From NCBI GenBank assembly GCA_951406725.2, contig OX597817.1, forward strand, positions 68,324,001-68,388,000: DNA of 64,000 nt. The letters run 5' to 3'. Below the pieces are notes generated by a model, which saw only the letters and a program-made list of their open reading frames with translations, was not told where the DNA came from and did no database searches. The first letter of the stretch is position 1, and every line of letters begins with the position of its first letter. The translations under genes were made by a program, and so were the position numbers. Positions 50,372 to 63,844 of this stretch are shown piece after piece. This DNA is from Octopus vulgaris (taxonomy: Eukaryota).

Positions 50372-50452
<81 letters not shown>

Positions 50453-50575
50453 TCATATACGCATTACATATTAGACTGCTGGAAAAGAAAAATTCCTAAA
50501 ATCGGCCTCTAACAAGTAACCTTAAATGCCAATAACTCTCCTAAGTATTCTAGCTGTTCCTAATGACACTGTATG

Positions 50576-50644
<69 letters not shown>

Positions 50645-50830
50645 TTATTATTATTATTATTATTATTATTATCATTATTATTATTATTTCGAATCATATT
50701 GTTCGTATTTTTGTGTCATAATACGTGTTACTGTTCAACTTTATCATTATTATTATTATTATTATTATTATTGTTATTATCCTCATCATCATCATTATTA
50801 TTATCATTATTATTATTGTTATTATTACAA
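50372..50830. repeat. (ATT)n and (ATA)n arrays, including a head-to-head (TAA)n/(TTA)n pair at 50575-50690
   Basis: Directly visible. Confidence 0.95.
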
Positions 50831-51657
50831 TTAGAATTATTGCAGTAATTACTATGATAAATATTGTTGTTGGAGCAGCTAGTAGCGCAATTATTACTAC
50901 TGGCATTATTAAAGTTATTATAATTACTTGGGTTATTGTAATTACTGTTATTAGATACACTTGAACGCAAAAACAAGCTTCCAACTACTTAATATCATGA
51001 TCTCAAGATTAGATGTGGTGGAATATACACATGCTAGTAGATTATACGCCTGTTTGCTTTGCTATGTATAATCGTTTTCCCATTATATACACATTGTTGC
51101 ATAATCTGCAATATAGCCTCGATCAGTTGCTGAATCTTTCAAGCTCTAAAAATAGCTCTAAAGGGCTATTTCTACCTTGCAACTTGAATATGTATCTGTA
51201 ATATATCTAATATCTATAATATATCTAAGATCTAATAAATTACTGCGTCTCTCTTCTCTCTGTTTTCTTTTTCTCTTTAACTACTCTCTCTCTCACACAC
51301 ACGTACACACACACACACTCACACACTAAAACTCAGTTTGTCTGTTTTCCTACCATTTGATTAAGAAGATAAAGATTACAAATAAAATAGTCATTTCTCT
51401 TTTTAAGAAAAAAAATCAAGTTGAAAATGTCGATACTTCAAAGAATCCTGTCAGCTACCGCCCTCCGTCCATTTTCTTAATTTTTTTTTGCGAGTGCTGT
51501 AGGCTTGAAAGATAGAAATTCTCCCTATATTTTTATGAGACAATTTTAAATCACGTCTACTTGATTTTTTTTTTCTTAAAGGGGAAAATTACTATTTTTT
51601 TTCAAAATAAAATATTAATCTTTATCATCTTAATGAAAAAAAAAAGAAAAACAGAGA

Positions 51658-51703
<46 letters not shown>

Positions 51704-51712
51704 CCTCTTTAT

Positions 51713-52716
51713 AGACGATGATCAGTTGCAATGGGTGGAGTTGAATCTCATAAGATTGTAAAAACAAACAACGAATGTGTTGTACCTTATAATGAGATTC
51801 TTTTAAGAACATTCAAATGTCACTGCAACGTTGAAATCGTTGCCTCAGTGAGGTCAATTAAATACGTCATCCAGTACACACTGAAAGGAAATGATATGAT
51901 AGGAAATTTTTCAATGTCTAATGGGTAGGTATAATGGACAATCCGAAGCAGTTGCATCTATTTTAGGATTTTCAGTTCATGAAAGAGCACCTACAATAGT
52001 GAAACTGCAGGTTCATCTACCAGATGAACAAAGAATATTGCTAAGAAATTATCAGGATATACGTGGCTGTAAATTAGTGACATATGAGAAAATTCCTCTC
52101 ATCGTGCATCAATGATGACTTTGCAACAACATTGCTTTATGCTGAAGTACCCATGTATTTCATTTGGAACAGTAGTAGCAAAGAATGGCAAAGAAGAAAG
52201 CAAGGAAAAAAGTTGAAGGCCATTTGAACGTTCTCGAATAAGAAACACTTGGTCGTATTTATGTTGTCACACCAAAGGCAGGAGGACAGTATATCAGTGG
52301 TATCATTCTGAGTATGCAAGTCTTGTTTTGTATGACCGTGGATTGCATGGTCATGGATTTATTTGCATGTACAATCGTTGAAAATAGTAATTAATTCGAG
52401 TGAGAAATGAAATAAAGAAAAAACTTATCCATGCTATTGAACAACAATGCAACCAATATATTTGCATTAGTGTAACCATAAAAAATCCCTTTCACTGTGA
52501 TGTCATTGCATATCATTACATATCGTTGAAAGGTATGCAGTTCCTAAAATACATGTAGCTTCACCTCTCTGCCGCTCTCTCTGCATGCGTCAATATCTCT
52601 CTGCTATTTATTTGTATCTGATGCCGCTAAATAGTCGATTGGCCTAAAAGCGATGGCTGAATGACAAAAGGCGTTGGTAGATCGATCCCGTGTGAAACAC
52701 GTGAAAAATCGCTAAA
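51713..52716 (+). mobile_element. Helitron Rep-region remnant with possible 3' hairpin
   Basis: NECVVPYNEILLRTFKCHCNVEIVASVRSIKYVIQYTLKGND; RYNGQSEAVASILGFSVHERAPTIVKLQVHLPDEQ; LLYAEVPMYFIW..WQRRK..LGRIYVVTPK (to 52278); CGTG-TGAAA-CACG hairpin at ~52689-52701. Confidence 0.85.
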
Positions 52717-52854
52717 ATAGTGATAACTTAACCCATCTAACCAAAATACTCTGTGAGATTCAGTGACCAGAAGCACACACGCATTGCCGACTGTAAAAGA
52801 AAGTTCACTCGGGAAGCACATATTTATTTAACGTTTGATATCATATGTTTGATA

Positions 52855-53275
52855 TACTCTTTACTCTTTATCCTTTTACTTGTTTCAGTCATTTGACTGC
52901 GGCCATGCTGGAGCACCGCCTTTAATCGAGTAACTCGATCCCGGGACTTATTCTTTTGTAAGCCCAGTACTTATTCTATCGGTCTCTTTTTGCCGAACCG
53001 CTAATTAACGGGGACGTAAACACACCAGAATCGGTTGTCAAGCAATGCTAGGGGGACAAACACAGACACACAAACATATACACACAAACTTATATATATA
53101 TATACATATATACGACAGGCTTCTTTCAGTTTCCGTCTACCAAATCCACTCACAAGGCTTTGGTCGGCCCGAGGCTATAGTAGCAGACACTTGCCCAAGG
53201 TGCCACGCAGTGGGACTGAACCCGGATCCATGTGGTTGGTAAACAAGCTACTTACCACACAGCCACTCCTGCGCC
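52855..53275 (-). mobile_element. Full-length tRNA-derived SINE family 1
   Basis: Reverse complement GGCGCAGGAGTGGCTGTGTGG (A box)...GGGTTCAGTCCC (B box)...internal microsatellite...GACTGAAACAAGTAAAAG tail. Confidence 0.95.
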
Positions 53276-53629
53276 TTGTAACGTTTGAAAGAGAAACATA
53301 CTGTTATTTTTCTTTTGTTACTATTGTTAATTAAACCTTGATTTACTAATATTATCTTTCCTTTAATCAAGTTAGCTTTTAGAGTAACTCCTTATATTTC
53401 ATAGAAAGGACACACACACAACTCACATACATTCACTCTCTCACACGATTCGCATACACTTACACACATGCAGTTGCATCAAAACGTTGCCACTTTTATT
53501 TGTTTCTTGAATATCTTTTGAACTTTCGAAATATTAACCCAAATGAATAAACTGTGTGTTGTAGAACTTTTGAAAACTAGTTTCTCCAGAAAAAAAACTT
53601 TAAAGAGAAGCAATTAATTATAAATTATG

Positions 53630-55210
53630 ACAGACCAATGCCAAAATTATCTAATTTGCAAGGCTCCAATAAAATATGTGTTAAACAGTTTCAAACTATT
53701 ATATATGAAAGGAAAAAAATGCTTAGCTAAATAAGTTATTTTGCTGGTAAACTTGTTATATAGTTTAGGAAAAATAATTATTTGGAATGATAAAGGTTAC
53801 GATGATTTAAATAATCTACATTAGATCATGCTAAAATATAAACATTCTCAAAGACATAAAATCCGGATCGATCTTAAAACATTAAGAAATGTTCGCATAG
53901 ACTTACATTTAGATGCGCATAAAAAGACTGAGCATACAACAGCATAATGAAGTTAAGCGAAACAGTGCTATTCTGCGATGATTTATTGTTGCAGCTATTT
54001 TTTTAGATCATCATGAATTATCATATCGTGGTCATATCAAGTCTGAACCAGCTGATAATTACGGGAGAGTAAGAAACTTTTATATTTAATCAGTGTGATG
54101 AAAAATCGGCAAAAAAAAGGCACAGTTTATTTTCTCATGTCGTTCAAATGGAATTCAAAATGACCTGAGTGATACAATTAAAGAAAGTAATATTGAAGTA
54201 AATTGAAAATGAATTTAAGCAAACTCTTTGCGCTGTTTTGCAGAAGATGCGTTGCTAAAGAATGATTTATCTATTTTTAACCGTTCAGAAAATGCCTCAT
54301 CTGAACATGTTTTTAAATACGTTCACACATGGAAGAGTGAAAATAAATTAATTACACAAACCTATTTCTTTACTACCCACAAGGAGCTAAACACAGAGAG
54401 GACAAATAAGAACGGACAAACGGTTTAAGTCGATTACATCGACCCCAGTGAGTAACTGGTACTCAATTTATCGACCCCGGAAGGATGAAAGGTAAAGTCG
54501 ACCTCGGCGGAATTTGAACTCAGAACGTAACGGCAGACGAAATACGGCTACGCATTTCGCCCGGCGTGCTAACGTTTCTGCCAGCTCGCCGCCTTCTTAA
54601 TTACACAGACCTATGATGGTGCCACAACAGAGGCAGGACAATAGTCTGTAATTTAGTTATTTCACAAGCATGCTCTGCTATAAAAGAATGCAAGATATTT
54701 TTTCTACAAATGGATTGGGTACGTTTCTTATAAAATCACCCAAAATAGCCAATGAGTTAAATAACATTGTTAAAAAAGATGAAATTACTAGCTTCATTTC
54801 ATTAATAATACAAAAGAAAATTGTAATTTCCTAGTCTGCCATTTTGAAAGTATTTACGAGAATCTTGAAGCGTGCAATGAAGTACATGTTATATAAATAA
54901 TGGAAAATTTTAAGAAGCAAAAGTATATGTAATATAATCATTTAGATTTATATCAATGACCTTCTTGATACTCTACCAGAACTCATCGATCTTTGGAATT
55001 TGCTTTTAACAATTCTGTCTACAATTCTGCTTGAGTAGAGTGGTACTTTTCTGCATTGAAGAGAATTAAATGAACTTCAATAGGAAAGAAAAGACTTTCA
55101 GCTTTGTCTCATGTCAGTTAAAAAAGATTCTCCCACAAATAATTAAAAGGAAATGTAATAAATATATATTTGCCCTGAAAGATCGAAGAACTCAATCAAT
55201 TTGTAAATGA
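53630..55210 (+). mobile_element. Very degenerate hAT (Tip100/ZMYM1-like) transposase remnant
   Basis: IWNDKGYDDLNNL, VRIDLHLD, QQHNEVKRN, FLDHHELSYRGH, QNDL, LITQTYDGA (split by the SINE at 54366-54594), LLLTILST, FALKDRR. Confidence 0.72.
54366..54594 (-). mobile_element. Full-length SINE family 2 with LINE-type tail and ~18-bp TSD
   Basis: TSD TTAATTACACA(A/G)ACCTAT at 54348-54365 and 54597-54614. Confidence 0.93.
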
Positions 55211-55479
55211 GGTAAGTAAATATATATTTGCGAGTCTCTTTTTTATATTTTCCGTATATAAAACATTCTCTAAAGCTACGTTATGAAACTATGATTTCTC
55301 TTCATGAATTAATTCCGAAATTAATTCATTTCATGCAATAAATACTTATTGCATGACCAACTGATATACATACACATATACGTGTATGTGTGTGTGTCTG
55401 TGTGTGTGCATGTATGTGGTATTACATTCGAAACAATAGTATAATTACAGAAAAAGTGCTACTTAAAGCCTGAGTTGAC

Positions 55480-58400
55480 TAGAGTTTCTGAATTTCCCGA
55501 AAATTGACATTAGCAGAAATCAGGAGTTTAAAATAAAAGATCCAGGATTACCGGGAATTTCCCGGAATAGATTGCAATTTTTATCTCTCATATTTTTTCT
55601 TTCTTATTTAATGAGCTACTGATTTGTATACTAAAAAGAAGAATAATGAACACGAAAATACTCTAATATAAAACGTACACTTGTGTAGAAAACTAGTATT
55701 TTACGAAAAATATTAAAATGTTCGTGTATATTAAGATTAACTCAATCAGATTGTTAGTATTCTCTCAAGAGGCTGACATTGTCGGTGATGTCATTCAAAC
55801 TTGACCGACATATTGTAACAAAAAGCTGTAGAGCAGAACAGGCTATCATCGTTTCAATGGAAGTTAGAGAAATGGTACTGAGAGAAAAGAATACTTTCTG
55901 GAAGTTAATAATTTATCTTCTGTAATTTCAAACGTTTTCATCTCTAACAATGTTTTTTGGATCATAAGACGAATGAATATTCTGTTTGTTTTCAACAGCT
56001 TTCTTACGAGGGGCGTTCAATAAGTAATGCCCCTGACCCACTTCCCATAGCAGTAGAGCAACGACACTTGGCACAGTTATTAGTCTTTTCCTACATAGGA
56101 ACTACCCAGAGTTATGCATTTCTCCCATCGTTTGATACAGCTCTGGAGACCGTTTTTGTAGAAGACCCCAGCTTGGTCCTCCAACCACGACGTGACTTCA
56201 GAAATCAAGGCTGCATCATCTGGGAAACGCTTTCCTTTCAAAAATCAACTTCATGGCTGGGAAGAGGTGAAAATCAGAGGGTGCAAGGGGAGGAGTTCAT
56301 AGCTGCACGCATGTGCTGCTGATCTGGCGACAAGCGAGTTGTGGACCGGAGCGTTGTCCTGCAGGAGGAGGATGCCTTTGCTGATCTTGCCCCGCCTCTT
56401 GATTTTGATAGCTTCTCTTAATTTCCTCAAAAGGGAAGCATAATAGGCTCCTGTAATTGTGGTACCCTTTGCCAGGAAATCTGTCATCACTACTCCGTCC
56501 TGGTCCCAGAAGACTGTGAGCATAACCTTGTCAGCGGAGGGCTGCACCCTTGCCTTCTTTGGAGGAGGTGAGTCACGGTGCTTTCGCTGCATTGACTGGG
56601 CTTTGGTCTATGGATCATAGTGATGGACCCAGGTTTTATCCTGTGTGATCAGTCTTTTGAAAAGTTTTGACTCATCTTCTTGGCACATCTCCAAATTCAT
56701 CCTCGAGCACTCAACGCGTTCTTGCTTCTGGAAAGGTGTGAGCAACCTGGAAATCCATCTGGCAGACACCTTTTGCATATGCAAATGGTCATGAATGATA
56801 GTTTCCACAGACCCGGTACTAATCTTGACCTTATGGGCTATTTGGCGAATAGTTATGCGTTGACCTTCCAAAATGGCAGCCTCAACTTGACGGACAGACG
56901 TCTCATCAACGGCAGAAGGGGGCGACCAGATCTGGGAGCTGTTTCCACAGAGTTCCGACTATGTTTGAATTCACAATGCCAGCGTTTTACAAGGTCATAT
57001 GTTGGGGCATCATCACCATAAGTTACTTTCATTTCATCAAAAGTCTCCCGTGGTGTGCGTCCTTTCAAATACAAAAACCAGATCACTGCTCGACACTCAA
57101 CAGGCTCCATTTCACACTTGACTCAGTTCAAACACCTGTAAATCAGAAACCACAATTAGTTCAGAGCTGTAATTCACCACTTAATCTATAGAGGTATAAA
57201 TAAGTGCACATGCAAAATTTCAGCTAGATCAAACAACTGCAAGTGGGTCAGGGGCATTACTTTTTGAACGCCCCTCGTAATTGTGATAACATATAATCTC
57301 GGTAGTTGGAACATTTCTTTTTGAAGGAGTGAGTGCTTCAATTACTAGGGTGTTCAGATTCGGAATGGGAAATAAGAGAAACTTCTGACAAAATGATGGA
57401 CGAACATTTTTATACAGTTTTGTTTTGCACTATTTTGATGTGAAGTGTATAGAGGAAAATTTGAAAGGAGTAAAGTTCTTCCAAATTTAAAAGAGAGTTT
57501 CTTAAATCGTTCTTCGATCCTCTCAGATGTTTATTCCTGTGTTTTTCAGTTCGTTTCTTGATCCATTCTACCAGCAAGAGGAACATTGGACTTATTTGTC
57601 AATTCATTTCTTCTAAAATAAAAGCAACTACGCCTTCTGCAGAGATCAGTGTTGCATCCTTCCGCTTTTGTTTTTCAACTTCAGTTTTAATTGGTTTCAG
57701 TACTGGCACAGCAGCATGAATACCATTTAATTCAATGTCTGGAAAGTCGATAGGTTGCCTTACATCCATCATAACTTTTGCAATTTAGCTTTTAAGGAAC
57801 AAGATTCGTTCTAACGTTACAAATAAATCATTCCATCATGTGTTAATACAATTGACTATGTGCAATTTATGACCATTCTCCTCTATAACATAATTCCGAA
57901 GCATTCAATTTTTTGTTGGAAATCTACCAAATAAACTGACAATTATGACACTGCCAATGCATGGCTTCTTTTCAGTGGAAGGGTCTTCTGTAATAAGAAT
58001 TATTTCACAATATTAAATTTGTTGCTGATCGACATAGATATTAGCCGCATTCATAAACGCAGTGTCTACATCTGAATCAGCCACAAATTTATCTTCCAAC
58101 TCGTCGCTATGGTTGCATTGGTGATTAGTTAAATTTACTTCATCATAGATTTCTTGTAAAGAACATCACAAACGGATAAATGAACTCCATGTTCGTAGCA
58201 TAAATGATGCTTGCAGTTAATATTCTTGTTACATTTAATCATAAAACTTGTTCCATCAGTTACGACTGCAAGTATATTTCTTTAGATGAATTCAAAGAAA
58301 ATTCTTTGTAAATGTTCAATAAATTTTTAAGCTAGTAAATTTTCATAAATTTCGATCATTTCTAAATTCTAAAATTTACCATACTAGTGTATATGTGTGT

Positions 58401-58530
58401 TCGAATATCTGCAATTATGTAAAAATGCACATTCATATAAGAAATACCGAAATGAAAAATGTAAGAACTTTTTTACTTGTTTTACTAATCAAAAATTTTG
58501 CTAAAATCACAATGGTAAAGAATAATCTGC
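55480..58530 (-). mobile_element. Old hAT transposon (copy B, same family as 10200-14690), interrupted by a mariner
   Basis: AVVTDGTSFMIK...HHLCYEHGVHLSVCDVL; WNDLFVTLERILFLK..AKVMMDVRQP; DATLISAEGVV; CCGGGAATTTCCCGG subterminal motifs at 55480-55570. Confidence 0.82.
56007..57277 (-). mobile_element. Full-length mariner, second copy of the 32819-34114 family
   Basis: Same TIRs and TA TSD; MEPVECRAVIWFL, ITQDKTW, LLQDNAPVH; deletion over the YSPDL motif. Confidence 0.96.
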
Positions 58531-58642
58531 AAAATTGGAACCATCTTCAATAAAAATCAAACATTTATACGTAAAAGTTTTCCTAATGAAAATACTTCTA
58601 GCTATTGCATTATTATCAATTATCGTCTATCGTATTTTATTA

Positions 58643-58716
<74 letters not shown>

Positions 58717-59246
58717 TATGGTTTCTTTTCATTATAACTTTATTTCAGCGGCCTTAGTACTAAGCTTCCATGTTATTGTGATTTCAATTTGCAGATCTTT
58801 ATAGTTGAGAAAGCTTTTCGTATTATCCCTAGAGGCTGTCCTGTATCAGGAGGGTTACATCTCTCTCATACTCCTCCCCGCTACTCTTTTTCAACGTTTG
58901 TATGCTATGCATATGTCCCTTCTTTTTCAGTGTATATGTGTATACCTGTTTAAAAATAGTTTTTTATCATTTCATTATATTTAAACCTCCACGCTTAATG
59001 TCTGTCTTTGTATTATTTTTGATGAAGAGGTCAAAGGTATAGGAATATGTCTATATATGTATGCATGTGTGGGGCATATGTAAGTTCAGTTATGCAACAA
59101 AGGCACAAAGATGAAAGGGAAAGAGAGAATATGTGGTGGTATATGTATAATTGAGAGTCGATACGTGAGTTTGAGCTGGACAGAGGAGGACTAGTGCGCG
59201 CGTGTGTGTATGCGTGCGTCTGCGTGTTAATATCCTGAGGATATAT

Positions 59247-59293
<47 letters not shown>

Positions 59294-59775
59294 TGCATGT
59301 ATGATATGAGAGACAGAGAAATAGAATTGGGTAAATATATGAAAAATGAAAAGGCAAGTGGAGAAAACTCGTGTTTCTTTATATGGCGTGTATTTTTGTG
59401 AGAGAAGGAATAATGTTAAAACAATGATGGATATGTGAAAAAGAGACAGAGAGAAATGAAATGTATGTGCACGTGTGTGTGTGTGTGTATTCCAGAGAGA
59501 GAAAAAATAGAGTAGAAGGGAAAAGGATGAATGAGAAGATTATAGACCCAAAGCAGTGTATGTAAGAGGAGTATATGCAGGAAAGATGTGCTCCTGTTTC
59601 CACCATAAGAGAGGCTGACACATGAAGATAAACTGGTAGGTTTATTGTGACATAGATATACATATGTATGCTTGCATGTGTGAGGAGTGTGTATGAGAAC
59701 TTATGTTAAAGATAGCAGCAGTTCACCTCAGCTCGCAATATAAATAATTCAAGTGAACTACAGCTATTTCTCGCG

Positions 59776-59837
59776 GACAAGTATCCACCAACGAGGATGA
59801 CCACAAAGATGTCGAAACCTTACGGTCTGGTGGTGTC
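59776..59837 (+). ncRNA. Type I hammerhead ribozyme motif with altered core positions 3-4
   Basis: Stem I GACA-[AGUAU]-CCACCA / UGGUGG-UGUC; core ACGAGGA+U; stem II GAC-CACAAAGAU-GUC; GAAA; stem III (A)CC-UUAC-GG(U); GUC site at 59825-59827. Confidence 0.75.
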
Positions 59838-60107
59838 GTGGTTTGAAGAGGGTAGGGGTTTACTTCGATGCTTGCAATAAATATCGGGTGCAGATTGTAT
59901 CGGAAAACCAGCTGGAGGAGGCGTCCTCCGGGGGGTTAAAAGTAGCAGTAACGTCGGTTCCTACGGAACAGCCAAATTTGAGTGGCAATAAGCATTACTT
60001 CTCTCTCTCTCCCTTCTTCTCTCTCTCCATCCCTCGCTTCATCTCTCTCTCTCTCTCTATCTATTTATCTCTCTCTCTCTCCCTCTCTCTCTATCTATCT
60101 CTCTATG

Positions 60108-60138
<31 letters not shown>

Positions 60139-60218
60139 CGTGGTGATCAAAACTTTCAACACCTGTTTCTGTAGCATTTTATTGATGCATTCATAAATCA
60201 AATCAGATATATATATAT

Positions 60219-60327
<109 letters not shown>

Positions 60328-60374
60328 CAAATTAGCTACTTAGAAAATCTCTTTAAGAGATGAAAATATATGTA

Positions 60375-61173
60375 TATAATAACTTATTTACCTAAGTTTT
60401 AACATAATCTTCTTCGAAATACTCATCTTGCTTAGCAATACACCTGTCCCACCCTTCTTGCTACTTTTGGAATCCACCCTGGAAGTCGTTTTCCGTAAGC
60501 GAGTCGAGATTCTTCAGTGATTCCCCCTGGATCTCGACAACGGTGCATTTGAGCTGCATTTTCATCTTGAGGAAGAGATGGAAGTCCACAGGTGCTAAAT
60601 ATGACGAATAGTTCATCTACGGAAGTAATTACATGTTTTTGGAGAGAAACTCATGAGTGAGGAGAGCTTGGCGAAGAATCCAGTTCTTCGCACTCCACAC
60701 ATCCGGTCTCTTTCCCCGAATGTCCTCCCTCAGACGCTTGAAAACTCTAGATTGTCGGTCTGGCCTTGAGATACGAATTATCGATGCACAATATCACATT
60801 TCGGAGGTGACATTCGTAGAAGGTCATCCAGATCGCTCATCGTCTTTCAGGGACGTTCTTCCGCTTTTGAAGTGCCTGTGCCACTTGAAACATTGCGTAT
60901 GACCCATTGTCTCATTGTTATAAGTTTGCTGAAGCAAGCTCAATCTCTCTGTAGCAGACTTTCCAGGTTTAACGCTAAATTTCACGTTGGTTCTTTGTTC
61001 CTGTCCATAGCGAAACCGCAGACTACAACATACACATGATCACAAAAACACAAATTTCACAACTTGCGAAGTAAACACAGTGACGTCACTCGGCACACTG
61101 CCTCTCACCGCGCATGTAACTATGTGCTGCCATCTATTGGCGCGCTACAGAACTAGTTTTTGGTACTACCTCG
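60375..61173 (-). mobile_element. Internally deleted mariner
   Basis: YSSYLAPVDFHLFLKMKMQLK...DFQGGFQK*QEGWDRCIAKQDEYFEED; N-terminal EQRTNVKF; 5' TIR rc CGAGGTAGTACCAAAAACTAG with TA flank. Confidence 0.82.
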
Positions 61174-61597
61174 TATATACATATATATAATTTCACTTAT
61201 GAATAGCGATGATAAAAACCTGACTCAATATGTACATGCTTTAGAATAAAACGTTAGGCGAGTACTGAGTTTAATATCGTTATATGAAATTAATAGAAGG
61301 ACAAGGGAACAGGAATTATGCAATTAACTTCATCAACTTACAGCTGTATCTGTTATACAAAGCTGTGTACTCAAATTTGACTGTTTGTGCACCATATATA
61401 TATTAAGCCAGAGGGGTGGGGTAAAAGAAGGAGAGGAAGAAAGGAGGTGAAGAAAGAAGAGGAAAAGTGAAAAAGAGAGATGGAGTTAAACAGCAATTAT
61501 TAAAAGAAGTAAAATTGTACCTATTTATATACAAGAAATATTGTACGCCACTGCGGAGAAATATAGGTAAGAGAAACAATGTAGTCTTTATATCCAT

Positions 61598-61652
<55 letters not shown>

Positions 61653-62105
61653 AGAAAGGAGTTTAAAAGTGTGAATGAAGTAAAGACTTACTGATCGATA
61701 GAAAGAATAATAATGAGATTGGAAACTATGTTTTGGATAGTAAGAAGGGGAGGAAGAGTGAGAGTGTAAATAACGTAGAGGAAGTCAGAGAAAAAAGTCT
61801 ACGTGAAAGTAAGACCATTTATAAGTAAAACAGACATGTACAACTGAAAGAAAAACGTTTCTGAGCTGAAAGATACGATTTTAGCAGAACATATTGTGCT
61901 AGTGTTTACGTTTGTGAGAGTGAGTGAGTATATGAGTGTATGTACGTATGCTGTTGTAAGTGTATGGATTTTATTTGTCTACAGGACTCGGTCGATTTAT
62001 CATTCGCCATTTTGTATTGCCATCTTTAAAAGCAAACCAATCAATTTTATAGACATCAAAGAAAAACCTGCCGAACAGCTCTAGTAACACAGAAAGTGTA
62101 AAATG

Positions 62106-62820
62106 GAGAAGAAGAAGAAGAAGAAGAAGAAGAAGAAGAAGAAGAAGAAGAAGAAGAAGAAGAAGAAGAAGAAGAAGGAGAAGGAGAAGGAGAAGGAGAA
62201 GAAGAAGAACAACAACAACAACAAGAAGAACAAGAAGAAAGAAAAAGAACAAAGAAAAAGAAGAAAAAAGAAGAAAAAGGGAGAAAAAGGGAGAAGAAGA
62301 AAAGATGTAAAAAATGACGACAACGAAGCTGTTAAAGAAGACAGAGACAAAGATGTAACAAAAGAGATGAAGACAAGACAAAAGAAAAGCAGAGAAAATA
62401 TAATTATAGTAGTGGTAGTCATTATTATTATTATTATTAGTAGTAGTAGTAGTATTAGTAGTAGTAGTAGTAGTATTACATTTATGATGATGATGATGAT
62501 GACGATGATGATGATGACGATGATGATGATGACGATGATGATGATTACAAGTATGATGATGGTGATTACGATTATGACGATGATAACGATGATGATAATG
62601 AAAACGATGATGATAATGATGATGATGATGATGAGGGGGAGGAGGAGGACGGCAATCATAATGATTTTGATGATGGCAGCTGTGGTGTTAGTGTTAGTGC
62701 TAGTGTTAGTGTTAGTGGTGATGGTGATGGTGATGATGTTACTACTGTTACTGTTGATGACTTTGACGAAGACGAAAAATATTGTCACTACGATAGAGAT
62801 GAAGAAGACGAAGAAGAAAA
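62106..62820. repeat. Mosaic of trinucleotide repeats (GAA, GAAGGA, AAC, ATT, AGT, GAT, GGA, GGTGAT)
   Basis: Directly visible; explains the 302-aa and 235-aa low-complexity ORFs. Confidence 0.95.
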
Positions 62821-63745
62821 AGAGCGCTTTTAGAGAGATGGATATTTTATTATGTCTTTGTATTATTTATCTAAGAGAAGGGTTAGTTAGCACCGTGTTT
62901 GCATCAAACTGTGTCTATTATGAAATGATTGGATCAATAATTCATCCATTTATTTTTCATTTATTTATTTATTTATTATTTCTCTTTTTTTACTTGTCTA
63001 TTTTATTTTAGGTTGCTATTAACGTAACTCGGATTTTATCAATACTAAGTTATATATAATTTTGTATTTTTTTAATTTATTTATCTTTGTTTTTGTTTCT
63101 CCATTTTTATTCTTCCTGTCTTTTGTGTATTTACGCTTTTTATTTCTTTTTCGTTTTTCTTTTTCATTTCTCTACCTTCCTTTCTTTTATTTCTCGCTGT
63201 TTCTTTACCCTCTCCCCCACCTCTCACTATCCATTCTTCCTTCCTTGCTAGCTTCTTTTCTGGCTTCTATTATTTCCTTCTTTCCACAGTACTCCATCAA
63301 TTATTTTCTTTCTTGATTTTTTCCTAAAGACGCAGGCGAACTTTATTATTATTATTATTATTTTTTGTTTTTGTTTTTGTCATCGTTGTCGCTGTCGGCT
63401 GTTGATATTGTTGTTACTGTTGTTGTTGCTGTAAATTTGATGATTTCATTGTCTGGTGATTATGAATGATTATTTCCAGCGATTTCAGCGCTTGCCGCAG
63501 ACAGATTTGAGACCTTATTCCTCCCCATCAAAATGTTTTAGAATCCGTTTTTTTTTTTTGTATGCTGTTTTCTTAATTATTTCCTCAAACTATATCCTTC
63601 ACATTGGAACTGATCGGACAAAATAGCAACATTGTTCCCCTCTTTTCTTTCTTCCAATTAATATCGAGTATTTTCTATATATATTTTTAGTGAGGTTCAA
63701 ACCTGGGAGGTTTTCTGATAGTCTGATGCATTTTCGTATTATGAA

Positions 63746-63804
<59 letters not shown>

Positions 63805-63844
63805 TAATCATAAAAATAGTAATATTGATAATAATAATAATTGG

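Noticed and set aside
62103-63011. 302-aa ORF as a protein-coding gene
   Set aside because: Homopolymeric K/I/S/M tracts from triplet repeats; no domain or splice support.
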